Shown piece by piece: positions 39,813 through 52,877 of a DNA stretch of 64,000 bases. The DNA lies in the NCBI RefSeq assembly GCF_030028105.1, contig NC_092390.1:39910777-39974776 (forward strand), read 5' to 3'. Each line of letters starts with the position of its first letter. Position 1 is the stretch's first letter. The notes beneath the pieces were generated by a model. That model ran no database searches. It was not told the DNA's origin and worked only from the letters and a program-made list of their open reading frames with translations. The position numbers and the translations under genes were made by a program. This DNA comes from Mobula birostris (Eukaryota).

Positions 39813-40961
39813 ATTATAATTGTACATAATTTAAAAAATCATTTGACAACTCACCTGTGTTGCATTCAGTAAAGTTACAGATAGCTTTAAAGAGAACAAT
39901 GCTACTGCCTTCTTGTAGCCATTTATCAGACCCACTGATTTTTTCAGTGATGGACACTGAACATTAGAAGTGTAATGGGATGGTTGATAGTCCAAGCAAC
40001 TCACAGAATGCTCCCACTGTGCCCCCAGAGGTGCTATAAAGTGAACTCCGAATGTACTCAAGACCTGTAAAATAGTGAAGCGTTTTCTAATGAGAATTGT
40101 ATTGGATCCTAATGAACTCTTCCAGTTGTATGACAATTTAGTTTTTTCCTTGACAGCCAACATCCAATTATTTAGAGCCTACAGTAAATGGAAAAATTCA
40201 GTGACAATGATTCACATGACTACTGAGTGATGAAGTTAACTATTTGTGTACAATTACAGGAGTGGGAGGAAGAGAAGCACTGGTACAGCACATTTTTTAC
40301 ACTATGTCATTAACACCCTTCCCTATTCTCCTTGTTACCTTCAGTCAGGGTGCTTGCTCACTATCTTACAGTGAATTTGCCACTATGGGCAGGGTCAATG
40401 TAAAGGCTGAAGACCTAAAAGGGATTGGCTTGTGTTGGTATTTCGATAGCACCCTGATAAACACCAGGCACCACTCGCAATGATGTGTGAGTGGGAAAGC
40501 AGGACCTTATGGCAAATGAATTGGGTTTTCATTGAACACCATTGATCTCCTGCTTGGTATATCCTTCATATTCATCAATTAGTATTTTTCAAAAGTATAG
40601 TTTACATTTTTCAGAATATTATAATCATCTAGTCATGTGTTCAAAAATGTTTATTCCTTTAATTACTATGTTACATGTTGACATTAATTAATCTGCTGTT
40701 TCAAACCACGGTGTGATAATTTTATTGAGTCATTGTAGATTGCTCATGCTTTTCCAACATGTAATACTTAGCTACAAAATCTATGATGAATTTTCATTTG
40801 CTTTTGTTTTCCAATTGCAAAAAGATCTGAATTATTTTGTGAAATGTTAACTTCATCTTCCACCCTCTCTATACTCCTGAATTTGGTTTTGTTCGCTTAC
40901 GTCAATAAGACAGACCTACTATGCCCGAGTCTGAGATTGGGCTTCACAGGAGAATATACTG

Positions 40962-42895
40962 GCAGTCATCACTTTATTAGGTACGCCTGTACATCCGCTC
41001 TTTAATGCAAATATCTGACCAGCCAATCATGTTGCAGCAACCCAATATATTACAGAATCAAGATTTAAGATTATTTAATGTCATTTCCTGTACATAAGTG
41101 TAAAGGAGAACAAAATAATTGTTACTCTGGACCCAATGCAGTGCAAAAAACCCACAAAATAATCATAAATTACACTATATATATATAAGCTAGCTTATAT
41201 CCAAAGATTGATTGTATGTCCATAAAGTGACGCTAGGCTGTAAATGAGGTGACTGACAGGAAATAAAATAGTGGTAGAGTTAGTGGGTGGAGGTGTTGTT
41301 CTGACTTACTGCTTGGGGAAAGTAACTGTTTTTGAGTCCCGTGGTCCCGGCATGGATGCTACCTACCCTCTTCCCTGACAGGAGTGGGAAAAACAATACG
41401 TGAACAGGGTGTATGTGATCCTTCATGATGCTACTGGCCCTTTTCAGGCACCTTTCTGTATATATGTCCTGATGGCATGCAGGCTGGTGCCAGTGATGCA
41501 TTGGGCAGTTTTGACTACCATTGTAAAGCCTTCTTGTCCACCACAGTGCAGTTTCCACACCAAGGAGTGATGCAGCTTGTCAGGATGCTCTCCACTCCAC
41601 ATCTGTAGGATTATGTGAGTATGTGCTTCCCCCACCCCCCCCCTCAGAAAGTAGAGATGTTGGTGAGCTTCCTTGACTGTGAAGGATGTGTTTTGGGACT
41701 ATGAATGGTTATGTGTGGTGTGTACTCCAAGGAGTTCGAAAACTGCTTGCCGTTTCCACTGGTGTTCCACTGGTGTTACGGGGTGGGGGTCTCCTTAACT
41801 TGATGACCATCCCCTTTGTCTTGTTGAAATTAAGGAAGAGGTTATTTGCCTGGTGCCAGACCGCCTCTCTGTAGGCCATCTCACTGTTGTTGGTGACGGG
41901 TCCCACCACTGTTATGTGTTCGGCGAACTTGACAAGGTGATTGCTCAGGTGTCTGGTCATGCAGTCATGTGTGAGCAGAGTGTACAACAATGGGTTGAGC
42001 TCACAGTCTTGGATGACAGGAAGAAGCAGCCGTTATGCATTCTGACCGAAGTATTTAGGCCAAAGAGTAGGAGTTTGTTCACCAAGGTCTGTGGGACAAT
42101 GGCATTGAATACCGAACTGAAATCCAGAAGCAACATTCTGACATAAGTGTCTTTGTTTTCTATGATTGTCAGGGCCTGGTGCATGACAGATGTTATGCCA
42201 TCTGATGTAGAGCAGTTCCATCGTTAAGCATATTGGAGAGTGCCCATTGTGGCAGGAATGGAGATTTTGATACGTGCCATTATCAGCCATTCAAAGCACT
42301 TCATGTTGATTGGTGTCAGTGCCACTGGGTGGTAGTTGCATAGATCTGAAGGTGTAGAATTCTTTGGTAGAGTGATGATGTTGACTGATTTGAAGCATGT
42401 GGGGGTATGAGTCTGGATGAGTGAAATGTTCATGAAAAGCATGCAGACATGGTCAAGCCATTTAGTTGTTTTTTGGACCTAACATCATAATGGAGAAGAA
42501 ATATGTTTAAGTTCTTTGTTCATGGACTAACTGTTGGTGCCAGATGGGGTGGTTTGAGTATCTCAGGAACCGCTGATCTCCTGGGATTTTAATGCACTGC
42601 AATCTCTAGAGTTTACAAAAAACGGTTTGAAAATCAATAAACATACAGTAAGCAGCAGTTCTGTGGGAGAAATGTCTAGTTAATGAGAGACCAGAGGAGA
42701 ATGGCCAGAGTGGTTCACGCTTACAGGAAGGTGACAGTAACTCAAAAAACCACAGGTTACAACAGTAGTGTGCAGAAAAATATCTCTGAATGCACAGTGC
42801 GTTGAACCTTGAAGTGGATGGGCTATATCAGCAGAAAAGCCATGAAAATCTACTCAGTAGCCACTTTATTAGGTACCTCCTGTACCTGTTTTCTG
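40962..42895 (+). mobile_element. Non-autonomous Tc1 derivative split by a Rex-Babar insertion
   Basis: cactttattaggtac terminal motifs; decayed VGARWGGLSISGTADLLGF...RGQRRMARVV...RK.TVTQ...GY transposase N-terminus; sequence resumes across 41052-42425. Confidence 0.75.
41052..42425 (-). mobile_element. Older Rex-Babar LINE nested in a Tc1 derivative
   Basis: [63 protein letters not shown]. Confidence 0.85.
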
Positions 42896-43007
42896 GAAGC
42901 CCAGCCAACCTAATGAATTACCTCTTTTTATGCATGATACATTCAAAACGTTTTTGTCACTGTGATAACTCTTCATTATTGTGTTCTTGCCACTGCTATT
43001 GTGTTGC

Positions 43008-43618
43008 ATGTCGAGCACCTCCGCTCCGTCAGCCACAACAGACAGGATCTCCCGGTAGCCACCCACTTCAACTCTGCTTCTCATTCCCATTTGGATATGT
43101 CCATACATGGCATCCTCTACTGCCGTGATGAGGCTAAACTCAGGTTGGAGGGGCAACACTTCATATACCATCTAGATAGTCTCTAGCCCCTTGGTATAAA
43201 CATAGAATTCGCCAGCTTCCGGTAATTCCCTCCCCTCCCTTCCCCTATCTCTATTTCACTCTGCCCCCTCCCCCAGCTGCCTACCACCTCCTTCATCGTT
43301 CCGCCTCCTTCTACTACCCATTGTGTTTTCCCCTATACTTTCTTCACCTTTCCTGCCTATCACCTCCCTGCCTCCCTTCCCCCACCCCTTTATCTTTCCC
43401 CTTACTGGTTTTTCACCTGGAACCTACCAGCCTTCTCCTTCCCATCCTCCCCCCACCTTCTTTATAAGGCCTCTTACCCTTCCTTCCCTCTTCAATCCTG
43501 ATGAAGTGTTCCGGACGGAAACATTGACTGATCGTTTCCACGGATGCTACCCGACCTGCTGAGTTCCTCCAGTGTGTTGTGAGTGTTGCTTTGACCCCAG
43601 CATCTGCAGATTATTTTG
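43008..43618 (+). mobile_element. Penelope-like element 3' end (GIY-YIG C-terminus + pLTR with hammerhead motif)
   Basis: EHLRSVSHNRQDLPVATHFNSASHSHLDMSIHG...LEGQHFIYHLDSL*PLGINIEF; CTGATGA...GAAAC at 43498-43522. Confidence 0.85.
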
Positions 43619-44467
43619 TGTTGTATGTAAAGTCTTCTTTCGCTTCTAGTTGTGAATATAGCTCTTGGGTGATATTCCTGAGGTCTGATTTAATCTCTCT
43701 TTAAATATTTGGATTATGTTGTAAACCTATTGCTCTGCAGAATTTCTCCAAGGCCGAATGATTCTATTCATGTTCTGCAGCATCATGAAAATGTCCTTGC
43801 CAGTTGCCTTGATCTCCTTAAAATGTTTCTCATTTGCCAGGAGTTTTGCCAGTCCAAAGTTCTTAACCTAACAGATATTCCCTGTTTAAGAGAACCTGAA
43901 AATGTTGGAATATTTCTTTCACAAAGATTTCAAATTCTGATACTGATTGTTATGTTCAGAATTGTAATCATATTCAATGTTCTCAATTGCAATCAAGGGG
44001 ACCATTTTGTTCTGGATGGCATCAGGCTTCTTGAGAGATGTTAGAGCTGCTCTCATCAAGCTTAATGGAAAAGATTCCACTGCAATCCTGACTTGTATCT
44101 TGTAAGTACTGAAAAGGTTTTTAGGGTGTCGGAAGATGAGGCACCCACTACAGGACTTTGTTCTTATAGATGATGTATTCTTTTCATTGGTACAGTGGAG
44201 TTTCTAATCATTGTTTACCCCTGGATGTTGGGATTGGGAAATATGGTGATTCCGATGACTGTAAAGGGGAGGTGCGGTTGGACTCTATCTTGCTGGAAAT
44301 AATCATTACTTGGCATTTCTGTGGTGTGTTACCTAACATTCCTCAGACCACACTTGACTATTGTATGGGCCTTGTTTAAAGCGGCTCTCCATGATTATGC
44401 CCAGGAAACTCATACAATGATATCCTCCAACAGCCACAGTCATCCTCCTTTGGGCTACTGGAACATG

Positions 44468-45240
44468 GAACATAGAACGTAGAACAGGCTCTCCGGCCCA
44501 CACTGTTGTGACTTTCCAATTAAATTAGTAATCAAGTGGCCAACCTACCTCATCTGCTCTGCCTACACAATGGCTGTATCCTATTTTCCTCACATTCCTG
44601 CACCTATCATTCATTCCACAGTCTTTTAAAGTCTCTAATGTATCTGTCTCTACTCCAGCTGGCACATTCCAGGTACCCATCTCACTCTGTGGAAAAAAAA
44701 AACAAAAAAAATATGCCCCGCACATTTACTTTGAAATTACCCTCTCTCCCCTGGAGCTTTCATTCTTTGTTGCCCTTGGACTTCAGATTTCATCTCAATC
44801 CTAAATGGCCAACCACTAAATTTGAGACCATGATCTATGTCTTTAGGCAGTTGAGGCCAAGGAAATATCTTCCCAGCACCTACCAGGTCAAGCCCAATAA
44901 GAATCTTGTTTCAATGCAATCACTTCTCATTCTTCTGAATTCAAGGCAGTCTAGGCTCAGTCTTAATCTCTCCCGATAGCAATCAATCTTGTGAAGCTTC
45001 ATTGCACTCCCTCTGTCCCAAGTATACAGTATCTGAGTCAGAATCAAGGTTCATATTGTTGTTTAGGTAGTGAAACTAGACCTATATACCATGTTCCAGG
45101 CACAACGTCATCTGTGAAATCTATACTCTTAAATCCTTTTGTAATAAAGACTAGTATATAGTTCACTCACCCAACTACTTGCCTGCACAGTAAATTTGAA
45201 TAATTTGTAAGCAAAAGGACCCCATGCCCCTCTGAACACC
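44468..45240 (-). mobile_element. Old CR1 3' fragment
   Basis: catagaacgtagaacagg tail and decayed antisense RT C-terminal sequence. Confidence 0.55.
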
Positions 45241-45599
45241 TATAGCTTTTACTTTCTCACTATTTCAAAATATAATTTTTTATTAGTAATATTTATTTCC
45301 TGCTATCTTTTTTTCTTCCTATGCATTTTAACCTATTGCAAACATATTAAAATGCAGAGTGGCTCACAGCATTACACTTGTTATGAGGCAAAATGTAAGA
45401 TACAAGATCAATGGGATCCCAGCACAGCCACTGCTGGTTATTCAGCAGAATTACCCTCCGTCAGACAGTATCTTCCCCCCCAATAACCCCTCTGCCTCAA
45501 TCCCTACACAGAACGTTTATGGTTTCAGCTGGATTCATTTTCAACATTAACCATACACAAACATTTTAGTGATTTTTTTCCACACCCTGGAGATATTTT

Positions 45600-46175
45600 T
45601 AGCTCAACAGGTATGTTTTTATTCGGTCCAACTGTGCAACTGCTTGTTATTGCAAATAACTAATCAGCCAATCATGTGGCAGCAACTCAACACCTAAAAG
45701 TGTGCAGACCTGATCAAGAGGTTCAGTTGCTGTTCAGACTAAACATCAGAATGGGGAAGAATGTGATTTAAGTGACGTTGACTGTGGAATGAATGTTGGT
45801 GCCAGACCGGGTGGTTTGAGTATCTCAGAAACTGCTGAACTACTGGAATTTCCATGCAGGACAGTCTCTAGAGTTACAGAGAACGGTGCAAAAATCAGAA
45901 AAAAACATCCAGTAAGCTTTAGTTCTATGGGGAAATTGCTTTGTTAATGAGAGACGTCAGAGGAGAATGGCCAGATTGGTTCAAGCAGAATGCAATAGTA
46001 ACTGAAATAACCAAATGTTACAGCACTGGTGTGTAGAAGAGCATCTCTGAACATATAACATGTCAAACCTAGAAGTGGGTGGGCTACAGCAGAAGACCAC
46101 AAGCAAACACACTGTGGCCTCCTTATTAGGTACAGAAAGTAACTGATAGAGTGCATATTTATTGAGTGTATAAAT
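45600..46175 (+). mobile_element. Second copy of the same non-autonomous Tc1 derivative
   Basis: Colinear with 40962-41051 + 42426-42895; same truncation after gggctacagcagaagacc. Confidence 0.75.
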
Positions 46176-48324
46176 ATACCATTGAGTGTATAGTTATATG
46201 TAGATAATATTTGAAAGCATTTTGAAAAATAGAAGTTTTCTGTTATTTGTTAGAGATAATTTAACAATTCCTCAAATAGATTGTGCATTTTTGGTTCAGG
46301 GTATAAATCCTTGGATAAGATTTGCGTTGTTCAAAATGACTTTTATCTATCACGGGGCACGTGAGCGAGGACTGGCCTTTATGTAGGCAGCTTGCATGTC
46401 TCGGGCTGTTGCCATTTTTAATTAAAGATTGAACAATTCACTAGCTGCAAATCTAATCTGAGTGATGGTTACCATGTTTGCTTAAAGATATGTGTGTATC
46501 TGCCCATCAAGGACAAGGCTCTGAAAGGTTCTTTGTTGATGATGCAATCAAGCTTAAATCATCTTGTGTGCTGAACAGCAGGTTTTCCCCAAATAACTTA
46601 TGCATGTTTGAAATAAACTCATTCATGTGGAGATATAGCCAGAATTTTTTGAAGACCAATACATCTATACAACAATTTACAGATGTTGCCTGATTAGATA
46701 TAATTGTATTAAGTGCCTACCAAATTTAATCTCAAGTGGAGATCATGAAAGAGAGAAGAGAATTTTAGGCATGTATTATGTAACTTCCAAAATTGATCTC
46801 AAACTGAGAAGGTCAAGCAAGGGAGATGGGAATTTTACACTTGTACAAAATTGTTGCTCAAGAATTAAAGTAATTTGGAAAGTTAGATTGACAAGAATGT
46901 CATATGTTAATCAATAGAAGCTGGTTAACAGCCAAGAGATTGTTAACAAACAATTCATAGACCTAGGATTAAAGAAGCAATTGATATTATTAAGGCTTCT
47001 TCTAATGACTGCAGATGTAACATCTTGTCTGTATAGGAATGGAGACTCACCGGAATCACATACAAGGATCAGATTACATGATTGACCCACCATCTTGTTG
47101 ACTTCTTGTTGCCTGACAAAATTACATAATTATGCATGTTGCTGGAGCTGACACCGTTCTGAGTGACTGCATGAACACTTTGAGTGGTTAGCACTAACTA
47201 ACTCACACAGTTAATGTTGATCTTAAAGGAGAAACATGCACTGGCAGGCACTTGGGAACTCAATCTGACCTGGGAGCTATATTATATGTGAGTGGCATAA
47301 GACAGGAGAAAGGGAAAGACTAGATTTACTGACTTGGCACTAGAGATCTTAGCGGAAAGAAGGAATGATGTACTGTATCCACAGGGGACAGATGGTCTCC
47401 TGACAAACTTTCAAATGACAGAGGAAGGAGACAGCCATGACAGTCATTGTCAAAGGTCAGCTTGGAAGCAATTCAGCAAGGAGTAAAGGTCTAGTGAAAG
47501 CCAGTGAATGCATTATTAAGTGAAATACCCTTCCACATAAAAATAGCAGTTTTACACACTGCCCACATCCCTACTTGACAACTACCAACAACTTCTACAA
47601 TAAAGGGTAACTATCTAACAGTCATAGGTTCACCTCACCTTTACGCATTTGCATCTGTCACAAGCCTCACACCTACATCTGCATGCACAAATCCTCAGCA
47701 GTGACAGGATATAACCCAAGTACATTATGAAACACATACCGAGACAGTTTGTCCACTCTAGGGCACGGACATCGGTAGTGGGACTATAGGAGGATAGGCA
47801 AGCTTGAAGCAGAAATCACTCTTGCTCAGACTAGAATGACTACTGTTGAGATCAGAGCCAGCAATAGGAGTGAGTCAACAGATGAAAGTAATTCATAACC
47901 TCCACTCCTTCTGCTACCTCACTATATCTGCTGATTTACAATATGTGGATAGTATACATATCCGCTTAATAATTTTTTCTCCTTCCCTCATGTTAACTGT
48001 CTTGGTACCATTTTCAATCTGACAGAGATGATCTGCAAACTATTCTGAGGAGGGAAGACAACAGGTAGAAGAGTGAAAATGTAGGATAAATGAAGAACCA
48101 GAGTGACCCAGATTGAGACCTACAGCTACCATCTCAGAAACTGCATAATTTTGTCAGTTTGTGGGCAACAGTATGTGTTTGTTTCACTTTTCACCCAAGG
48201 CGATAAGTCTCATTGACATAAGCCACTCAGATTTGGCCCATGGCTCTGTTCATTTCATCCAATTCCACTTGCTTTTATCCACCTCCGACTCCAATTATGT
48301 GGTTGGTCCAATTATCTCTTTACA

Positions 48325-48812
48325 AGATTCAAGATTCAAGATTCAAAAATTTTATTGTCATTCTAACCATACATCAGCTCTGCAGGGCAGAATGAGACAG
48401 CGTTTCTCAGGGGCAGTGCAATCATAACATAACAAATGCAACACTAAATAATAAACATAACAATAAATAGTAAAGCACAACAGCCACATGTCAGTTAAAA
48501 TCAGTTATAAGTGTCCAGTGCAAGGTAAAAGTGTCCAAAGCAGAGTCAGGTGGAGCAGCTATTTAGCTGTCTGACTGCCTGTGGGAGGAAGCTGTTTAGT
48601 AGCCTTGTGGTTTTAGTTTTGATGCTGCTGTAACGTTTGCCTGATGGCAGAAGAACAAACAGTTCATGGAGAGGGTGTGAGGAGTCTTTAATGATGTACC
48701 GTGTCTTCCGGAGGCATCGACTCTGAAAGAGGTCTTGGACAGAAGGTAGGGAGACCCCAATAACCTTCTCTGCTCCCCTAACCACCCTCTGCAAGGCTTT
48801 TTACATACATAC
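48325..48812 (-). mobile_element. Rex-Babar LINE 3' end
   Basis: LQRVVRGAEKVIG...DSSHPLHELFVLLPSGKRY...RLLNSFLPQAVR; (ttgaatc)n tail. Confidence 0.88.
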
Positions 48813-49377
48813 AATCAGTCTATAAGCTAATCTAAGACAGCTAATTTTATGTATATATGGTCATACTGAAACAGTTATTTGTACATTGTGTTTTAGACAA
48901 TTGCTTTTATATTTACTATATTTATTGTTCTTTCTTTTGTTTTTCACATTGTGTTCTTTATGTGCATTGTGTTTGTTTATTCTACAAAGGACCCAAAGTA
49001 ATAATCATTTTATTCTCCTTTACACTGCAGAATGACAATAAACAATCTTCAATCTTTAGCACAGTCTAAATACCCAGTTCCTTGAAAGAAAGCGTGCAGG
49101 TTATTGAAGGACCAGTTACACTGGTAGTAATTAGGGGACTGATTTGAGAGGCTGGTATAGGTTAGATTAGAGATGGGGTCTTCATGTAATGACTTATCTG
49201 CATGAGTGGCTTGCAACCTAGGCAAGGTGGTAGCTCACAACAAGATGAAGTCATACAAGTTCTCCTTCAGAAAACAAGTTAACGGATTTTCATTCTGAAA
49301 TTCATGAGGTCAGTTTGAAAACCTACATGCTGTGCCAAACAAAATGGAGAAGTCCAGCAGCAATGATTCATGGGTCT

Positions 49378-50063
49378 TTATAAGACTAAAAGGCATAGTA
49401 GCAGCATTAGGCCATTCAGCCCATCGAATCTGCACTGCCATTCCATAATGGCTGATTTACTTACCTTCTCAACCCCATTCTCCTGCCTCCTCCTCATATC
49501 CTTTGACACCCTGATTAATCAAGAACCATTCAACCTCTGCCTTCAATATACCCAATGACTTGGCCTGCATAGCTGTCTGTGGCAATGAATTCCATAGATT
49601 GACCACCCTCTGGCTAAAGGAATTTTCCTAATCTCTCTTCTAAAATGGATGTCCCTCTATTCTGAGACTGCGTCCTCTGGTCCTAGACCAAAACCGCCCA
49701 CCACTATAGGAAACAACCTCTCCACATCCACTCTATCTAGGCCTTCCAATATTTAATAGGTTTCAGTGAGATCCTCACTCATTCTTCTAAACTTTATCAA
49801 GTACAGGCCCAGAGCCATCAAACACTCTCCATGTGTTAACCCTTTCATTCCTGGGATCATTCTCGTGAACCTCCTCTGAACCCTCTCCAATGTCAGCATT
49901 TTGTTTCTTCAAAAAGGGGTTCCAAAACTGCTTACAATACTGCAAGTGTGGTCTGACCAATGTCTTATAAAGCCTCAGCATTACCTCCTTGCTATTCTAT
50001 TCTAGTCCTCTCAAATTGAAAGCTGACATTGCTTTTCCCTTACTTACCACCAACTCAACTTGC
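49378..50063 (-). mobile_element. CR1 3' fragment (degenerate)
   Basis: MLRLYKTLVRPHLQYCKQFW, RT C-terminus and CR1 3' UTR (gggctgaatggcct). Confidence 0.85.
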
Positions 50064-50399
50064 AAGTTAACCTTTCGGTGATAGGCAAGGAAAAGAGAAG
50101 TGATAAGAAGGGAGCCAGAATGGGAAATGGGGAAAAAAAAGAGGTGGGGGGGAATGATCACTTCCCTCCGGTACCCCTCCTCCTTCCCCCTATCCGCTCC
50201 TCACTCTTCTCCCAGCAGACTCCCCCTCCTTATGCAGAGCTTGTGGTGGGAAACTCCATTACATCACATACATCTGATGGCCAACGTGTCATCTTCTATT
50301 ACAAAAAGCTTCTGAAACCCTGGAGCTGCAGTAGATGCTCATACTGCTCTCATGTCAATCACACTTTAGTCAAGTCCACTCGTCAGGTCAGGTCACTGG

Positions 50400-50825
50400 T
50401 CTGAATGCTACTGGTACCATGTAACCCAGTACTACCTGTCGCATGGTCGGGTGGTCGGTGACTTTCTACCCCACCAGGCTTGCCTGGTGAGGAGGGTGGC
50501 TAGACACCCTGCAGGATGAAAAACAAGATCTGTCAAAGGGCGGATGAACCCTCTTGTGGGGTCAACGGCCATCTAGCAAACACGTGCCGTGAAGCGCGGA
50601 AAGGGCATCCCTTGCATGAAGCTTGGTCTGGCCATTCACTGCTACAGAACTTCCCCCAGCCGTCTTGGACCCCACCATGCTGCTGGATCTGTGAGGGGAT
50701 GTTGAGATGGTGGGTCTGGACCTGTGCAACCCCCTACTCACCTAAAATCCATTCACGCACACACTGTTCCTTTCTGAGGAGTGGGGCAAACCCCATTAAC
50801 TGACTGAAAGGAACCATCATCATCC
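50400..50825 (+). mobile_element. RTE-like bipartite repeat (partial copy ~22945-23160)
   Basis: Shared ctgtcaaagggcggatgaa...gtcaacggcca block; (cat)n tail. Confidence 0.5.
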
Positions 50826-52877
50826 TATGGGATGGATAGCCAGAGAGAGTCAAGTCCAGAAGCAAGGATGATGAAGAGGTGCAGGTAGACCTGTAGTATA
50901 ACATTCTGGACGAAGAGGGATGTAGTTGGTAGCTAAGGAATTTAATTGCTTGAGAAATGGGAAGACATATTGCTAAAGGGAATGGATAGAATTGGGGATT
51001 AGTCTGGATTATTTTAGCAAAGTGCTAGATGAGCAATTATGAACCACCAACCTCCTTCATCTCCTTCTGCATTATGGATGACTCACTTGGTGGCCAGTAG
51101 ATTCCTGCCCTCTTGCTTTCCCCACATCAATGCAATTTATCTCAGCCGTGGTGTTTTTTCTTGTAACTGTTCTGGCAACCCTTGATGAGGAGGATGTTAA
51201 TGTTTTGTGGCTGTGCCCTGCTCCGGATCACTGGTGGTGTTAACAAGCTGCCATTCCAAGCCTACAATTAAGTAAATAGCACAAATGTAAGACATCTGGT
51301 TCCCTAAACCTTCCCAATGGAGCTGAAAGTTCAATGCTGCATGTAAAAAAAATACCCACAGATTTGTTTCTCCTTCAAATTATTAGGTTCTACAGAGCTT
51401 ATCAAATATTTTTCAATAGATTTGCTTTTTATGCATTAAAAATCTAACACATGCTGATCGAACTAATCTAAACAAATTATTTAAGGAAGTTCTGTAAGGT
51501 TTGAGTGATGTACTGTATATGTGTACATGGGGGTAATGATGTAAGATGGCATTAAGCCTAAGCATAGGGGAATGATTTGATTAATCTTTTTACCTCTGTT
51601 CTATAGTAAACTGACAGAATACATACACAGTCAAACATCCAGCCTTTAGGTTAAGTTGGGATTGGCGAGAAATGGCACATTATTCACATCCATTTCATTG
51701 CAATTATTTCATATTTGAAATGCTCAGAAGTGGCTTTCAACTATAGGTTATACGTTGCACTTTGAAAAGTATGCCCTGCTGAGATATAAATATAGATGAG
51801 ATACAGTGACAGCTGTAAAGCTGTGTGAAGGTTTGATACAGGCAAGTAGTATGGGGAGGGCAGATTGACTGGCAGCATTTTGTGGGCATGAAGTGTGAGA
51901 TATTTCCCTTGTGCATGGATGTTTTTGATAGGTTCCATAAAGTGTGCCATCCTCTCCATTTCTATTCTCAAGTTGTAAAGAGACTGTGCACAGTATCGAG
52001 AGTGTAGCCTCCTCCTCTTTCACGCCTGATGCATTGCCACCTCTGAGGAGTGTATCAAATTTAGTATACTGGTCGTTTGTTACTGAAGAGATGTCAGTTC
52101 AATCTTCCTCAACTAATTTCATAGTGATTGCTTTAAGCAGGAGACATTAGTCTATTCCATTAAAGTACCGGGCATTCTTTTGCATGATTCATCTCATTAA
52201 TGATAGACTACACCACGGAGATTCCTGCCATACTGGGAAATGAGATGAAATAAAACGTTTTGATGAAGGTACTGAAAAATACCCGACCCTGTCTAAATAA
52301 GGAAATGGCAGCAGTAGGGAAATAGTGTTACAATATTTCTCAGCCAGTAAAGCTCTAGTTAATTGAAAATAACTGACTTTGCTCCTGGTTATAATAAAAA
52401 AAGATTAACAAACACACTTTAATACTTTGCTAGATTATTTAACACGACGGCTTCTTAAGGTTAAAACCCATTGACATTCTGTAAAAATAAGAGGAACTTG
52501 TATACCAGATGGTGACTTTAGTGCACCTTCAGCCCAACCATGTCCAATATGCTGCTCACTTTGTTGTTAATGTCACAACAATACACAAACGTAGCCACTT
52601 CGGTCGCAGTTTGGGTTAAAGTTACGATCCCACATTTATCAGAATACTATGAAGGTAGTGGCTACGTACTCAGTCATCACTAAATCTGATCCCGTTATTA
52701 GGATACACGCACTAAACGTGTGCTTGGGCTAGAAATATAATCAAAGTTCAAAGTTCGAAGTCAATTTTATCATCAGAGTACATATCTACCACCACTCACA
52801 ACCCTGGGATTCCTTTTGCTGTAGGCATACTCAGCAAATCTATTGAATAGTAACTATAACAGGTTCAGTGAATATGG

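Noticed and set aside
48016-48054. Splice-bounded 39-bp + strand segment as a TdT long-isoform cassette
   Set aside because: In phase with exon 10 it reads AGA TGA (immediate stop), the donor gtagaa is weak, and there is no homology.
51748-52110. Minus-strand open frame with Tyr motifs as an exon of a neighbouring gene (TLL2/OPALIN-like)
   Set aside because: An in-frame stop precedes it, there is no convincing acceptor, and I recognise no similarity.
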